This document shows positions 14,989-24,701 of a DNA stretch of 32,000 bases, piece by piece. Within the stretch, counting starts at the first letter, position 1; each line of letters opens with the position of its first letter. The translations under genes and the position numbers were made by a program. The stretch is from Rhodococcus indonesiensis. GTDB taxonomy: Bacteria; Actinomycetota; Actinomycetes; Mycobacteriales; Mycobacteriaceae. The stretch lies in assembly GCF_030360185.1 (NCBI RefSeq), contig NZ_JAUBOF010000017.1; one strand, 5' to 3'. The notes beneath the pieces were generated by a model. That model was not told where the DNA came from. It saw only the letters and a list, made by a program, of their open reading frames with translations, and did no database searches.

Positions 14989-17697
14989 TCACGACTCGGC
15001 ACGTCGGGCACGGATGCGGCGGACCGCCCATTTCTCCGCCTCGGCGACGAAGAAGACCGTCAGCCCGACGCCGAGCACCTTCGCCCACTCCACGAGCGTC
15101 AGTCCCGCGGAGCCGAACACGGTCTGGAAGAACGACGTGTAGGTGTAGAGCAGCTGCAGCCCGATGCAGGCGGTGATCGCACCCAGTACGTAGCGGTTGC
15201 CGAACAGCCCCTCCCGGTTCAGGACCGAGCCCTCGATTCGGCGGCTGTTGATCAGGTAGAACATCTCGGCCACGACGATCGCGTTGACCGCGATCGTGCG
15301 GGCCACCTCCACGGTCGTACCCGATTCCAGCTCCCACAGGAACAGCCCCAGCGCGCCGGCCATCATGAGCACCGACACCATCGCCACGCGCCACACGAAG
15401 AACGCCGACAACAGCGACTCGGTGGGCGGACGCGGCGGCCTGCGCATCACGGACGCCTCGGTCGGTTCGAACGCGAGTGCCAGGCCCAGGGTGCTGACCG
15501 TGGCCAGGTTGATCCACAGCACCTGGGCCGGGGTGAGCGGCAGCGTCAGCTGGAACAGGATCGCGGCGATCACCACGAGTGCTTCGCCGCCGTTGGTGGG
15601 CAGCATGAACAGCACGAACTTCTTGAGGTTGTCGTAGACGCCGCGACCCTCGCGCACCGCCGCGGCGATCGTCGCGAAGTTGTCGTCCGCCAGCACCATG
15701 TCGGCGGCTTCCTTGGCGGCCTCGGTGCCGCCGGCACCCATCGCCACACCGACGTCGGCGCGGGTGAGGGCCGGGGCGTCGTTGACGCCGTCGCCGGTCA
15801 TCGCCACCACGTGGCCGTTCTCCTGCAGTGCCCGCACCAGGCGCAACTTGTGTTCGGGGCTGGCCCGGGCGAACACGTCGGTGTCGGCGACCACGCGCCG
15901 CAGCGCAGGTTCGTCGAGTGCTTCGATCTCGGCGCCGGTGACGGGCCGCGAGCCGATGCCCAGTCCCATCTGGGTGCCGATCTCGGCGGCCGTGTCGGCG
16001 TGATCGCCGGTGATCATCTTGACCGTGATGCCCGCCCGGTGGCATTCGCGGACCGCGACGACGGCTTCCTCGCGGGGCGGGTCGATGATCCCGACAAGCG
16101 CGAGCAGGGTGAAGTCGTGCTCGGCGTCCTCGAAGTCGAGGGTTGCACCGACGGCGTCGCGGTCCCGGTAGGCCAGGGCCAGCACGCGAAGTCCCTGCGT
16201 GGCGGTCTCTGTCGCGCGGGTGCTCCAGTAGGCCGTGTCGACGACGGTCCGCGAGCCGTCCTTCTCGAGCTGATGGGTACACGCCGCGAGCACCTTCTCC
16301 GGCGCGCCTTTGAGGAAGATCCGCTCGTGCACATCGTCGTCGGCGCGGTGCAGGGTGGCCATGAATCGGTGTTCGGATTCGAAGGGCACGACGTCCAGAC
16401 GCGGCCAGGCGTGCTCGGCGTCCTGCTGAGTCAGCCCCGCCTTGCGTCCGAGTACGAGCAGTGCCGCCTCGGTGGGGTCGCCCTCGATCTGCCATGCCCC
16501 GTCCACGTCGAGCAGGCGCGCGTCGTTGCACAGCACACCGGCCCGCACGGCCAGATCCAGCGGGGGGACGGATGCCCGATCCACGACGGTGCCTTCGCCG
16601 GCGGTCAGCGCCCCGACCGGGGCGTAGCCGATCCCGCCGACGTCGATGCGGTGGTGCGCGCACAACACCTTCTGCACAGTCATCTCGTTGCGGGTGAGCG
16701 TGCCGGTCTTGTCGGAGCAGATCACGGTGACCGAACCGAGCGTCTCGACCGCCGGTAGTCGCCGGATCACCGCGTTGCGCCGGGCCATCCGCTGCACCCC
16801 GAGCGAAAGGGTGACCGTCATGATCGCCGGCAGCCCCTCGGGGATGGCCGAGGCGGCGAGCGCGACGACGAGGGTGAACATCTGCGCCGGGGATTCCCCG
16901 CGCCACGCGATTCCGAGTACGAACGTCACCGCAGCGGCGACCAGGATGACCACGGCCAACCACCGGGCGAACCGGCCGATCTGCCGCAGCAGCGGCGTCG
17001 TGGTCTTCGGAATTCCGGCGAGGAGGGCATTGATGCGGCCGAGTTCGGTGTGGACACCGGTGGCGGTGACCACGCCGTCACCCTGCCCGAACACGGCAAC
17101 GGTTCCGGCGTAGGCGGCCGACCGGCGGTCCCCGAGTTCGCTGTCCGCGTCCACCGGGTGGGACGTCTTGTCCACCGGGACGGATTCCCCGGTCAGGGCC
17201 GCCTCGTCGACTCGGAGTTCGCGCACGCGGATCAACCGCAGGTCGGCGGGCACCCGGTCTCCGGAGACGAGCCGGACGACGTCGCCGGGCACCAGGTCGG
17301 CCGCGGGGAGATCGACGATCCGTCCGTCCCGGTGCACGCGGGCGCGGGGTGCGAGCATCGCCCGGATCGAGTCGAGCGCCGATTCGGCCCGCCCCTCCTG
17401 CACGAATCCGAGGAGCGCATTGATCACGACGGCGGCGAGCAGCACCGCCGTGTCGATCCAGTGCTGCAGGAACGCGGTGATGACCGCGGCGCCGAGCATC
17501 ACGTAGAGCAGGACGTTGTGGAACTGCCGTAGCAGCCGCCACCACCAGCGGTCCGACGGGGGACGCGGGAGCTCATTCGGACCGTGCTCGGTCAGCCGCC
17601 GCTCTGCTTCGTCCGAGCTCAGCCCGGTCGGCGAGGTGCCCAGACGATCCAGCGTGGCGGTGGTGTCGAGCGCGTGCCATCGGTGCATTACTTGCAC
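14989..17697 (-). CDS. Cation-transporting P-type ATPase, P2 (Ca2+/Mg2+, CtpF-like)
   Basis: TGES, the phosphorylation site [16 protein letters not shown], and the hinge [12 protein letters not shown]. About 900 aa with the N-terminal [18 protein letters not shown] motif. Start is GTG 17697 or ATG 17688. Confidence 0.9.
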   Translation of the reverse strand: MQVMHRWHALDTTATLDRLGTSPTGLSSDEAERRLTEHGPNELPRPPSDRWWWRLLRQFHNVLLYVMLGAAVITAFLQHWIDTAVLLAAVVINALLGFVQEGRAESALDSIRAMLAPRARVHRDGRIVDLPAADLVPGDVVRLVSGDRVPADLRLIRVRELRVDEAALTGESVPVDKTSHPVDADSELGDRRSAAYAGTVAVFGQGDGVVTATGVHTELGRINALLAGIPKTTTPLLRQIGRFARWLAVVILVAAAVTFVLGIAWRGESPAQMFTLVVALAASAIPEGLPAIMTVTLSLGVQRMARRNAVIRRLPAVETLGSVTVICSDKTGTLTRNEMTVQKVLCAHHRIDVGGIGYAPVGALTAGEGTVVDRASVPPLDLAVRAGVLCNDARLLDVDGAWQIEGDPTEAALLVLGRKAGLTQQDAEHAWPRLDVVPFESEHRFMATLHRADDDVHERIFLKGAPEKVLAACTHQLEKDGSRTVVDTAYWSTRATETATQGLRVLALAYRDRDAVGATLDFEDAEHDFTLLALVGIIDPPREEAVVAVRECHRAGITVKMITGDHADTAAEIGTQMGLGIGSRPVTGAEIEALDEPALRRVVADTDVFARASPEHKLRLVRALQENGHVVAMTGDGVNDAPALTRADVGVAMGAGGTEAAKEAADMVLADDNFATIAAAVREGRGVYDNLKKFVLFMLPTNGGEALVVIAAILFQLTLPLTPAQVLWINLATVSTLGLALAFEPTEASVMRRPPRPPTESLLSAFFVWRVAMVSVLMMAGALGLFLWELESGTTVEVARTIAVNAIVVAEMFYLINSRRIEGSVLNREGLFGNRYVLGAITACIGLQLLYTYTSFFQTVFGSAGLTLVEWAKVLGVGLTVFFVAEAEKWAVRRIRARRAES

Positions 17698-17797
17698 TTT
17701 ACCAAATCAGGTGTGGCGGGTGCTGAACCTTCGCGGCGAGAGCGCGCGCACGGAGAGGACCGTCCGACGAGTATCCGGCCCCACAGCGACCGCAACG

Positions 17798-18028
17798 TCA
17801 GACACGTCCGTGGGCGCGGGTCAGCCGCGAGTACAGCAAGGCGAGCCCGACAAGGACGGCGAGCCACGTGACGACGTGGAAGATCCCGTCCCACAGTGTG
17901 TCGATCTCCAGGCCGTGAACGACTCCGGGCAGGGCCAGCTCCCGGGCGGGTGCAGCGGTCCGTTCTGCCTCGACCATGACGCCGATCCCTTCGTGAATGC
18001 CTCGTGTCGAAGCACCCATACGGATCAC
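17798..18028 (-). pseudogene. Fragment resembling the central part of DUF2243-type membrane proteins
   Basis: LEIDTLWDGIFHVVTWLAVLVGLALLY resembles the conserved (N)TLWDGLFH plus TM segment of that family. At 76 aa it lacks the usual flanking helices. Confidence 0.3.
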
Positions 18029-18057
18029 GCCGAAACGGGGATGTCGGGCGCTGCGGG

Positions 18058-19011
18058 TCAGTGCCGGGCACTGCCCACGGTCTCGTGCGTCCCGGTGTAG
18101 TGCATCGGGCTGTCCAACAGGTGCGCCGGGGGCAGGTTGCGGTCGGGCGTGTGCACGACGGGCGCGTCCGCCGGGACGCGGCCCCGGGCCCGATCCCAGC
18201 CGGCGCGGGCGCGGGGATGGTAGCGATAGCGCCGGGGAACGAGCTTCTCACCCAGCCCGATCGATCGGCCGACGAGGCGGTGCAGGCGCTGCTCCCGGCG
18301 CGAGAAGGTGTACCCGAGCAGCTCGCGCACCGCCGGGTCGTACAGGCCGACCGTCAGCCACAGGAACCCGCGGGTCACCGGCGGCCGCAGCACCGCCCAC
18401 ACGCTCGCGGGCACCCACCGCACGAACGGCGGCCGGCCCAGGTGCGAGAGGTCGAGCACGTCGCGGGTCGCCTTGTTGTCCTCGAGGACCTCGCGGCACA
18501 TGCGGTCCCAGTAGCACAGGAAATCCTCCCAGCTGTCGGGGACGGACCGCATCGACATCCCGTAGAGCCGGTACCACTGCACGTGCTCGTCGAACAGCCG
18601 GTGCTTGTCGGCGAGCGGGAGCGGGCCGTCGAACCATTCGATCGAGACGACGAGGCTGTAGAAGAACGTGGCGTGCGCCCAGTAGAACGTGTCGGGGTCG
18701 AGGGCGTGGTAGCGCCGGCCCTGCTTGTCGATTCCCTTGATCGTGTCGTGGTAGCCGCGCACCCGCGCGGCGGTCTCCGGGGCGCGCGGCCCGTCGAAGA
18801 CGACCCCGTAGATGGGGTACAGCGAGCGGTACAGCCGTTCCCACCGCTCGTCGAAGAACTGCGAGTGCTCCTCCACGGCCGCGCCGAGACCGGGGTGCAT
18901 GTTCTGCATCGATCCGGCCCACGGCCCGAACACCATTCCGCGCCAGCCGCCGAAGTACTTCCACGTCAGGCTGTCCGGGCCGAGCGGCACCACCTCGTTT
19001 TGACTACGCAC
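18058..19011 (-). CDS. MpaB/DUF2236 family oxygenase
   Basis: LGPDSLTWKYFGGWRGMVFGPWAGSMQNMHPGLGAAVEEHSQFFDERWERL is typical of the family. Start set at GTG 19011. The alternative ATG 19068 lies inside the intergenic repeat at 19032-19089. Confidence 0.8.
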   Translation of the reverse strand: MRSQNEVVPLGPDSLTWKYFGGWRGMVFGPWAGSMQNMHPGLGAAVEEHSQFFDERWERLYRSLYPIYGVVFDGPRAPETAARVRGYHDTIKGIDKQGRRYHALDPDTFYWAHATFFYSLVVSIEWFDGPLPLADKHRLFDEHVQWYRLYGMSMRSVPDSWEDFLCYWDRMCREVLEDNKATRDVLDLSHLGRPPFVRWVPASVWAVLRPPVTRGFLWLTVGLYDPAVRELLGYTFSRREQRLHRLVGRSIGLGEKLVPRRYRYHPRARAGWDRARGRVPADAPVVHTPDRNLPPAHLLDSPMHYTGTHETVGSARH

Positions 19012-19031
19012 GTTGTCAGTTTGGGGCGCGA

Positions 19032-19089
19032 CCCGGAGGGTGTCAAGGGCACATGGATCTGCTCGCATCTTCGGAATCTGCCCACGCCG
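19032..19089. repeat. Intergenic repeat, copy 1 (left arm well conserved, right arm decayed)
   Basis: About 55 nt are nearly identical to 24035-24090. The 25-mer TGCTCGCATCTTCGGAATCTGCCCA is identical at 19060-19084 and 24061-24085. Confidence 0.55.
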
Positions 19090-19175
19090 TGAATTTCCGG
19101 GAACACGAGGATCTGCGATCGGTCGGGCATGCGCCACCTCGGACTCGGCGGTCCCCGGCCGCGACCGCCGCCCGA

Positions 19176-20633
19176 TCACGACGGTTGGTGCGTCCGATGG
19201 ACGGCGGAGTGCACCGGCACACGCCTGCGAACACGGCACGGCACCTCGCCGGCCGGGTGCAGCAGCAGGTCGACGGTCAACGGCACCGACCCAGGAGGGG
19301 AGCGGAACTCGAACTCACGCAACAGGATCGCCAAGGTCACCGCTGCCTCCAGCATGGCGAAGCGCTGACCGATACAGCCGCGGGGACCGTGACCGAAGGG
19401 GAACCACGCATACTTGTGACGCTCCTTCACCCTGTCCGGAGTGAAGCGATCCGGGTCGAACCGGAACGGATCCGGCCACAGATCGGCACGATGGTGGATC
19501 ACCCACGGCGCCAGATTGACGTCCGCCCCTGCAGGGATCCGGTACCCGCACACCTCGCTCTCCTCGACGGCCCGCCGTGTCAGGTACGGCGAGGGTGGAT
19601 ACAACCGGGCAGCCTCCTCGAGCACCATCGTCGTGTACGTCAGCCTGTGGACGTCGGAGGCAGTCGGTGTCCCGGCGCCCAGCACGCGTTCGGCTTCGTC
19701 CCGCGCCCGATCCTGCACACCGGCGTCCTTGCCGAGCAGGTACAGCGCGAACGTCAACATGGTCGCCGTGGTGTCGTGCCCTGCCAGCAGGAACACCTTG
19801 ACCTGATCGCGAATTTCCTCGGTGGACAACGTGTCGCCGTCTTCTCGGGCCGCCACCAGGCGCCCGAGCAGGTCCGTCCCCGGTTCGGCGACGGTGCGGC
19901 GACGCTCGATGATCGCGTCACACAACCCGTCGAGGCGCGATTCCGCACGCGCGATTCTGCGATTCCCCGGCGTCGGCCACGTCGAGGGAATCCGAACTGC
20001 GGATACCCCCCGCTGCAGGACGGCGCGTCCGAGGACGGGCAACGCCATGCGCAGGACCGGCAGCATCCGGGGCGCCTGCACGCCGAAAAGGATGCGAGCG
20101 GCGACTCCGAGCGTCAGCGCCCTCATCTCCCCGTCGAGGTCGACGAGGTGACTCGGACAGTTGTGCCACCGGACGGCCACCCGCTCCGCTTCCTCGACCA
20201 TCGGTGTCACGTAACCATCCACACTGCGCGGGGTGAACAGGGGCTGGATGAACCGACGCTGACGCAACCATGTCTCGTCCTGACTCGTGACAAGACCGTT
20301 CCCGTACAGGTCGCGCATCGCGCGGTAGAACTCCGAGTCCTTCCGGTAGTCGAGGTGACGCGGGGCGTTCAGCAGTTCCCCGACCCCGTCCGGGTGATTG
20401 ACCGTGAAGAACTCGCGGCGCCGACCCGGCAGCCCGACGACGTAGCGTACGACGTCACCTCCCTCGGCATACCCGCGCAGGCCGAGTTCGAGAGGATCGC
20501 GAAGCAGTTCCCTCGTGGATCCCAAGAGCCACGTTCCCCGGACGGTCGGTGGCTCCCGTGACGGTGTGCACGGTGGGGGCGTTCGCCTCGGCTGCGGCGG
20601 TGACAGCGGGCTGCGGATGCTGTGGGATGACAT
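19176..20633 (-). CDS. Cytochrome P450
   Basis: Heme-binding loop FPFGHGPRGCIGQRFA, I-helix LLAGHDTTA, and ExxR (EEAARL). Confidence 0.9.
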   Translation of the reverse strand: MSSHSIRSPLSPPQPRRTPPPCTPSREPPTVRGTWLLGSTRELLRDPLELGLRGYAEGGDVVRYVVGLPGRRREFFTVNHPDGVGELLNAPRHLDYRKDSEFYRAMRDLYGNGLVTSQDETWLRQRRFIQPLFTPRSVDGYVTPMVEEAERVAVRWHNCPSHLVDLDGEMRALTLGVAARILFGVQAPRMLPVLRMALPVLGRAVLQRGVSAVRIPSTWPTPGNRRIARAESRLDGLCDAIIERRRTVAEPGTDLLGRLVAAREDGDTLSTEEIRDQVKVFLLAGHDTTATMLTFALYLLGKDAGVQDRARDEAERVLGAGTPTASDVHRLTYTTMVLEEAARLYPPSPYLTRRAVEESEVCGYRIPAGADVNLAPWVIHHRADLWPDPFRFDPDRFTPDRVKERHKYAWFPFGHGPRGCIGQRFAMLEAAVTLAILLREFEFRSPPGSVPLTVDLLLHPAGEVPCRVRRRVPVHSAVHRTHQPS

Positions 20634-20896
20634 GGCTGTCCTTGTCGTTCGGATGGTCCGGGCAGGATTTCGACGCGGTGACGACCTGCCGGGCGGCCCG
20701 GATCCCAGGACCGCACACTCAGCATCGGACGCCCGACGCCGGAGGATGCGAGTAGCGCACTACCCCAATCCGGCCTTCGCGCCGGGCCGCGGTACGTAGG
20801 GGGCACGCCGCGTCCGTACCGGCCCCGCGGGCACGGACGCGAATCGAGTATCTCCCTACTCGTGCCACTCCGGCGCACCGGCGCAACCCTCGATGC

Positions 20897-21109
20897 ATGG
20901 ACGAGAACGTCGAGACCTGGGATGCCCTGTCGAAGAAGCTCCCGGAGCCGTACGCGACAGCGCGACCGATACGGGCGGGGGAAGCCGGCAGCGAACCGCT
21001 CGCCGAGTACATGGACGTGGGCGCGCCGGACAGAGTCGTGCGCGTCGCGGAGGCCGAACCGGAGACCCTCCAGGTGCCGTTCGACGCTGGAGCACCGCTG
21101 CTGTGGTGA
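20897..21109 (+). CDS. Possible small acidic protein (70 aa), weak call
   Basis: ATG-initiated with fairly high GC3. It is the only non-shadow ORF in the 20634-21371 gap. No recognisable motif and no clear SD. Confidence 0.3.
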   Translation: MDENVETWDALSKKLPEPYATARPIRAGEAGSEPLAEYMDVGAPDRVVRVAEAEPETLQVPFDAGAPLLW

Positions 21110-21371
21110 AATGGAATTCGCATGTGCTCAGCGCGTGGCCGCTGACCGGCCGGGGGACGATCTGCGAATCGTCCGCGGCGCGATCGCCGGGGCCAGCTCC
21201 GGCGCCGGCGCCGCACCTACCGGACGGCAGGAACGGAGTCGTCCCGAAGCGTCCCGCTGGGTGCGTTCGCCGACGTCGTCACCGACTTCGGTGCCGACCC
21301 GCTCATGCGGGTTCGTGACGTTCTCACCGAGCCGGTCGGGGGCCGAAGCGGATGTCCGAATCGGTTGTGCA

Positions 21372-23984
21372 TCAATGCCACTGCTCGCGCAGCAGGGCTG
21401 CGAGCTCGTGCCGGTCGTGAGTTCCGGTCTTGGCCTGGGCTCGATACAGATGACCTTCGACCGTTCGTACCGACATCGTCAGCGCCTCGGCGATCTGCCG
21501 ATTCGTCAGCCCCTGCATCACCATCGAGATGACCTCGCGCTCACGAGGAGTCAGAGGGAGGTCACGGTCCGCCATCTCACGGAGGGCGGGGGTGGTCAGC
21601 CCTCCGCACTCCCGGGCAAGACGTTGCGCGCGGGCGCCCAGCGTCAACGACGACCCGCGCAGGTTCGCACGAGCGAACGCGAGGGCGGCGCGCGCAGCAG
21701 CATCGGCGGCTGCAGCGGTATCCCTCATCTCTTCGAATTGCGTTGCAACCGAAGATAATGCCTCTCCGTCGTGGTCGTACACCGCGGAGGCGAACGCGAC
21801 CGCAATACGCGCGCGACGGCTTCCCGTGCTCTCCGCAAGCCGCGCCAGCCGCCCTCTTCCCGTCGTGTCACCCAGTTGAACTGCGACCTGTAGGCACATC
21901 ACTTCCCGGGCCTTCTGACGATGCGCGACGGCGTACTCCGCAGCCCGGAGCGCGACGGCCACCGCTGCACTGACCTCCCCCGACGCCGCGTGGCTCCAGG
22001 CGTGGGCGAGCAACCGCTCCGAGTCGACGAAGTCGAAGGCCGGGTGCCGGTTCCGGTCGACGTCGGACAGCAGCGCCGTCGCCGCAGTACTGCGGCCTGC
22101 CATTGCCAGTGCCTGAGCGAGGAGTATGCCGTACCGATACATCAGGACCGGGTAGTCGAGCGACTCGAACTCGGCGAAGGCCCGCTCGAGGTGTTCGAGG
22201 GCGAGTGCCAGCCGCCCGCCCCCGAGCGCGGCCATGCCCGCGATCGCGGTTCCCACCGCGCTCGTCACACCGGGGAGGCGAATGCACTCGCGGTAGGTGC
22301 GAGCGGCAACGGCTTCGGCTTCGGCCACCTCGCCGGCGAGGAGCATCGCGCCGACATGGAACTCGACGAGGCCTACGCGCTGGTACGAGGCTTCCTGCCA
22401 GGATTCCGCCAGTCTGTAGCCCTTCGATGCGGTTTCCGAGGCCAGCTTCGACTCGCCCACATCCCCTGCCGCGATGACGGTTCCCCAGATCGCGCACATC
22501 GCCGCCGACGCGGGCACCCGTGTCGTGTCGACATCCCGGCCGAGTTCGAGTGCGGCCAGGGGATCACCCGCGACAGCGCTCTGTACGGCTCGAACGGCGC
22601 GCAACGACTCCGCCACGGTCGGCGGGGCGTCGCCGAGCGCGTTGTCGACGATCCGTTTCGACTCCTCCGACCGCGCAAGGATCCACAGCATGTTCGTAGC
22701 CCGGAGCGTCAGCACACGCGCGAGCCGCTCGTCCGTCAGGCTTTCGAGCGGCATGGCGGCGAGCACATCCTCGGCCTCGGTTCCCCGGTTCAGCAGCAGG
22801 AGGGCGTGAGCACGACAGAGGTCGGCTTCGGCCCCGCCTCCGGCGAGCGAACTCGCATGGGCCAGTCTCTCGCAGAGGGACAGATCCAGCAGCGCCATCG
22901 CGCCTCGAGCGGCGCGCAGGAACAGGTCCGGGTCGATCGGCAGGTCCGAGTCGGCATGCAGGACCGCCCGCCGTACGACGTCCTCGGGTTCGGACGGCGG
23001 ACGAGCCGCGAGCGCCGACACGACACGCCCTCGCAGGCGCCGCAGTCGCGTGTCTCCGGCTCGTGCTCGACGCACCTCTCCGTACAGCGGATGAGCCATT
23101 CGCGCAGTTCTCGCTCGGTCTTCGGCGTCTATCCGGATCAGCCCGCGGTTCTCCGCCTCTTCCACCGCATCGAGGTCGGACAGCTCCGACAGCACCGCGA
23201 CGGGCAACGGTTCCGCCACCGCAACCAAGTCCAGGACCGTGCGCACCGCCTCCGGGAGGCGGCGGATCTGTTCACCGAGCAGGTCCGCAATACTGTCGGA
23301 AACGGTGAATTCCTCCTGCCAGAACCACAATCCGTGACAGTCTCGAAGTCGGCCGCTGGTTACCTCCTGTGCGACGAGATGCCGCAGGTACAAGGCGTTG
23401 CCGCGCGTCAGATCCCATATCTGCGACGCCGACTTCTCGGCTACGGGACTGCCGAGCACACTGGCGAGCAGTGCGTCGGACTCGGATCGCGACAAGGGCT
23501 GAAGGTCGCGCCGCAGCAGCATGCCGTCCTTCCACAGGGCGGTCACGGCATCAGGTGCCGGCTCCCCGGACCGTACCGTGACGATCAGCCGGGCAGTCCC
23601 TCGTAATGCCACATGGTGGATCACGAATGCCGACAGGTCGTCGAGCAGATGCGCGTCGTCGATCGACAACACCTCGTCGGAGCCTTCGGAAGTGGACGAC
23701 TGTACGAGCTGGTCGATCAGCTGAAGGGGGTTGGAGGTGGGGTGGTCACACCATCCGGCGAGAGCTCCCAGCGGCACCGTCCGCGCCGATGCCGTCCCCA
23801 CCGCCGACCGCACCGACAAGCCGGCGGACATCGCTCTGAGCACCAATTCGTGCGCCAGTCGGCTCTTGCCCACCCCGGCCTGGCCCGCGATCATGCAACC
23901 GCGGTAACCGTCGGTGCCGTCGAGTGCCCCCTCGAGCAGACGCAATTCCTCGGTGCGTCCGATGAGCGGCCCTTCCCCCGCCAT
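21372..23984 (-). CDS. Large ATP-binding LuxR-family regulator (LAL/MalT-like)
   Basis: N-terminal Walker A GQAGVGKS, a long helical-repeat middle, and a C-terminal LuxR HTH (LTPREREVISMVMQGLTNRQIAEALTMSVRTVEGHLYRAQAKTG). Confidence 0.9.
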   Translation of the reverse strand: MAGEGPLIGRTEELRLLEGALDGTDGYRGCMIAGQAGVGKSRLAHELVLRAMSAGLSVRSAVGTASARTVPLGALAGWCDHPTSNPLQLIDQLVQSSTSEGSDEVLSIDDAHLLDDLSAFVIHHVALRGTARLIVTVRSGEPAPDAVTALWKDGMLLRRDLQPLSRSESDALLASVLGSPVAEKSASQIWDLTRGNALYLRHLVAQEVTSGRLRDCHGLWFWQEEFTVSDSIADLLGEQIRRLPEAVRTVLDLVAVAEPLPVAVLSELSDLDAVEEAENRGLIRIDAEDRARTARMAHPLYGEVRRARAGDTRLRRLRGRVVSALAARPPSEPEDVVRRAVLHADSDLPIDPDLFLRAARGAMALLDLSLCERLAHASSLAGGGAEADLCRAHALLLLNRGTEAEDVLAAMPLESLTDERLARVLTLRATNMLWILARSEESKRIVDNALGDAPPTVAESLRAVRAVQSAVAGDPLAALELGRDVDTTRVPASAAMCAIWGTVIAAGDVGESKLASETASKGYRLAESWQEASYQRVGLVEFHVGAMLLAGEVAEAEAVAARTYRECIRLPGVTSAVGTAIAGMAALGGGRLALALEHLERAFAEFESLDYPVLMYRYGILLAQALAMAGRSTAATALLSDVDRNRHPAFDFVDSERLLAHAWSHAASGEVSAAVAVALRAAEYAVAHRQKAREVMCLQVAVQLGDTTGRGRLARLAESTGSRRARIAVAFASAVYDHDGEALSSVATQFEEMRDTAAAADAAARAALAFARANLRGSSLTLGARAQRLARECGGLTTPALREMADRDLPLTPREREVISMVMQGLTNRQIAEALTMSVRTVEGHLYRAQAKTGTHDRHELAALLREQWH

Positions 23985-24034
23985 AACGGCATGGTAGGGA
24001 CGTCGCTCGTGCCGTGTCCACCGTCACAGAGCGG

Positions 24035-24122
24035 CCCGGGAGGTCGAGGGCACGTGGACTTGCTCGCATCTTCGGAATCTGCCCATGCCGGGGTCTGTGC
24101 GAATCCCGAAGATGCGGGCAAG
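24035..24122. repeat. Intergenic palindromic repeat, copy 2 (complete hairpin unit)
   Basis: Left arm ACTTGCTCGCATCTTCGGAATC (24058-24079) pairs with right arm 24100-24122, whose reverse complement is ACTTGCCCGCATCTTCGGGATTCG. About 20 of 22 positions match and the loop is about 20 nt. The left part is shared with 19032-19089. Confidence 0.6.
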
Positions 24123-24143
24123 TCCTTCCCCAATGCGGTTCGC

Positions 24144-24560
24144 TCAACCGAAGGAGAAGTGCTCGCTTCCGACGAACCGGGTCTGCGCCGGGCCCGGAAT
24201 CGAGACGTCGATCGACCCGACGCTCCGATACACGTGGTCGTCGTCCTGGCAGTCCGCATCGACGGTGTAGTCGCCGTCGGGCACGTTGTCGAAACGCACG
24301 GTTTCGTAGTCGGCGTAGTAGATCTCCGCGACTCGGACGTCGGGGATCCCGTCGATCACCGCGTTGCAGTAGTGCGGGTAGTCCGCCTCGGGAGCCCGGT
24401 AGTAGATGAACTTGACCGTGATCGTGTGCTCTCGCACGCTCACGCTCCAGCTGCCGTACGGGTAGGGATCCACTGCCGATGCCGTGGGCGCGAGGCCCGT
24501 CGTCAATGCGAGCGGCGCCGCGAGGGCGATCGCTGCGCCTCCGAGCTTCGAGCCCTTCAT
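24144..24560 (-). CDS. Small secreted protein of unknown function (138 aa)
   Basis: Signal peptide MKGSKLGGAAIALAAPLALTTGLAPTASA|VDP, preceded by the SD AAAGGAA. The mature part is Tyr/Asp-rich with two Cys. Confidence 0.7.
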   Translation of the reverse strand: MKGSKLGGAAIALAAPLALTTGLAPTASAVDPYPYGSWSVSVREHTITVKFIYYRAPEADYPHYCNAVIDGIPDVRVAEIYYADYETVRFDNVPDGDYTVDADCQDDDHVYRSVGSIDVSIPGPAQTRFVGSEHFSFG

Positions 24561-24701
24561 GGGCGTTCCTTTCGACCGTCGACCAGCCCCGACCGGTTCA
24601 ATGGTCGGCCCAGGTGTGGGTACAGGAACTGCAAAGCGCCGCAGTCGATCACAACCCGTGATCGACTGCGGCCGTCCGTCATCTCACCGTGACACGGCGG
24701 G

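Noticed and set aside
14135-16963. 942-aa ORF, the longest in the ORF track
   Set aside because: It is a chimera. Only its last 282 codons (the USP, 14135-14983) look like real protein. The rest is an Arg/Pro/Gly-rich out-of-frame shadow of the P-type ATPase gene (14989-17697) on the same strand.
17698-17800. Possible DosR box upstream of the ATPase/USP operon
   Set aside because: Only GGACCGTCC (17757-17765) is present. The half-site spacing does not fit the GGGAC-N4-GTCCC core I remember, so no call was made.
20634-21371. Additional genes or ncRNA in the 740-bp gap between the P450 and LuxR genes
   Set aside because: Apart from the weak 70-aa ORF (20897-21109), every frame is shadow-like or interrupted. 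A short protein-like stretch (LGAFADVVTDFGADPLMRVRDVLTEPVGG, around 21255-21340) has no start and no context. Evidence is insufficient for a call.
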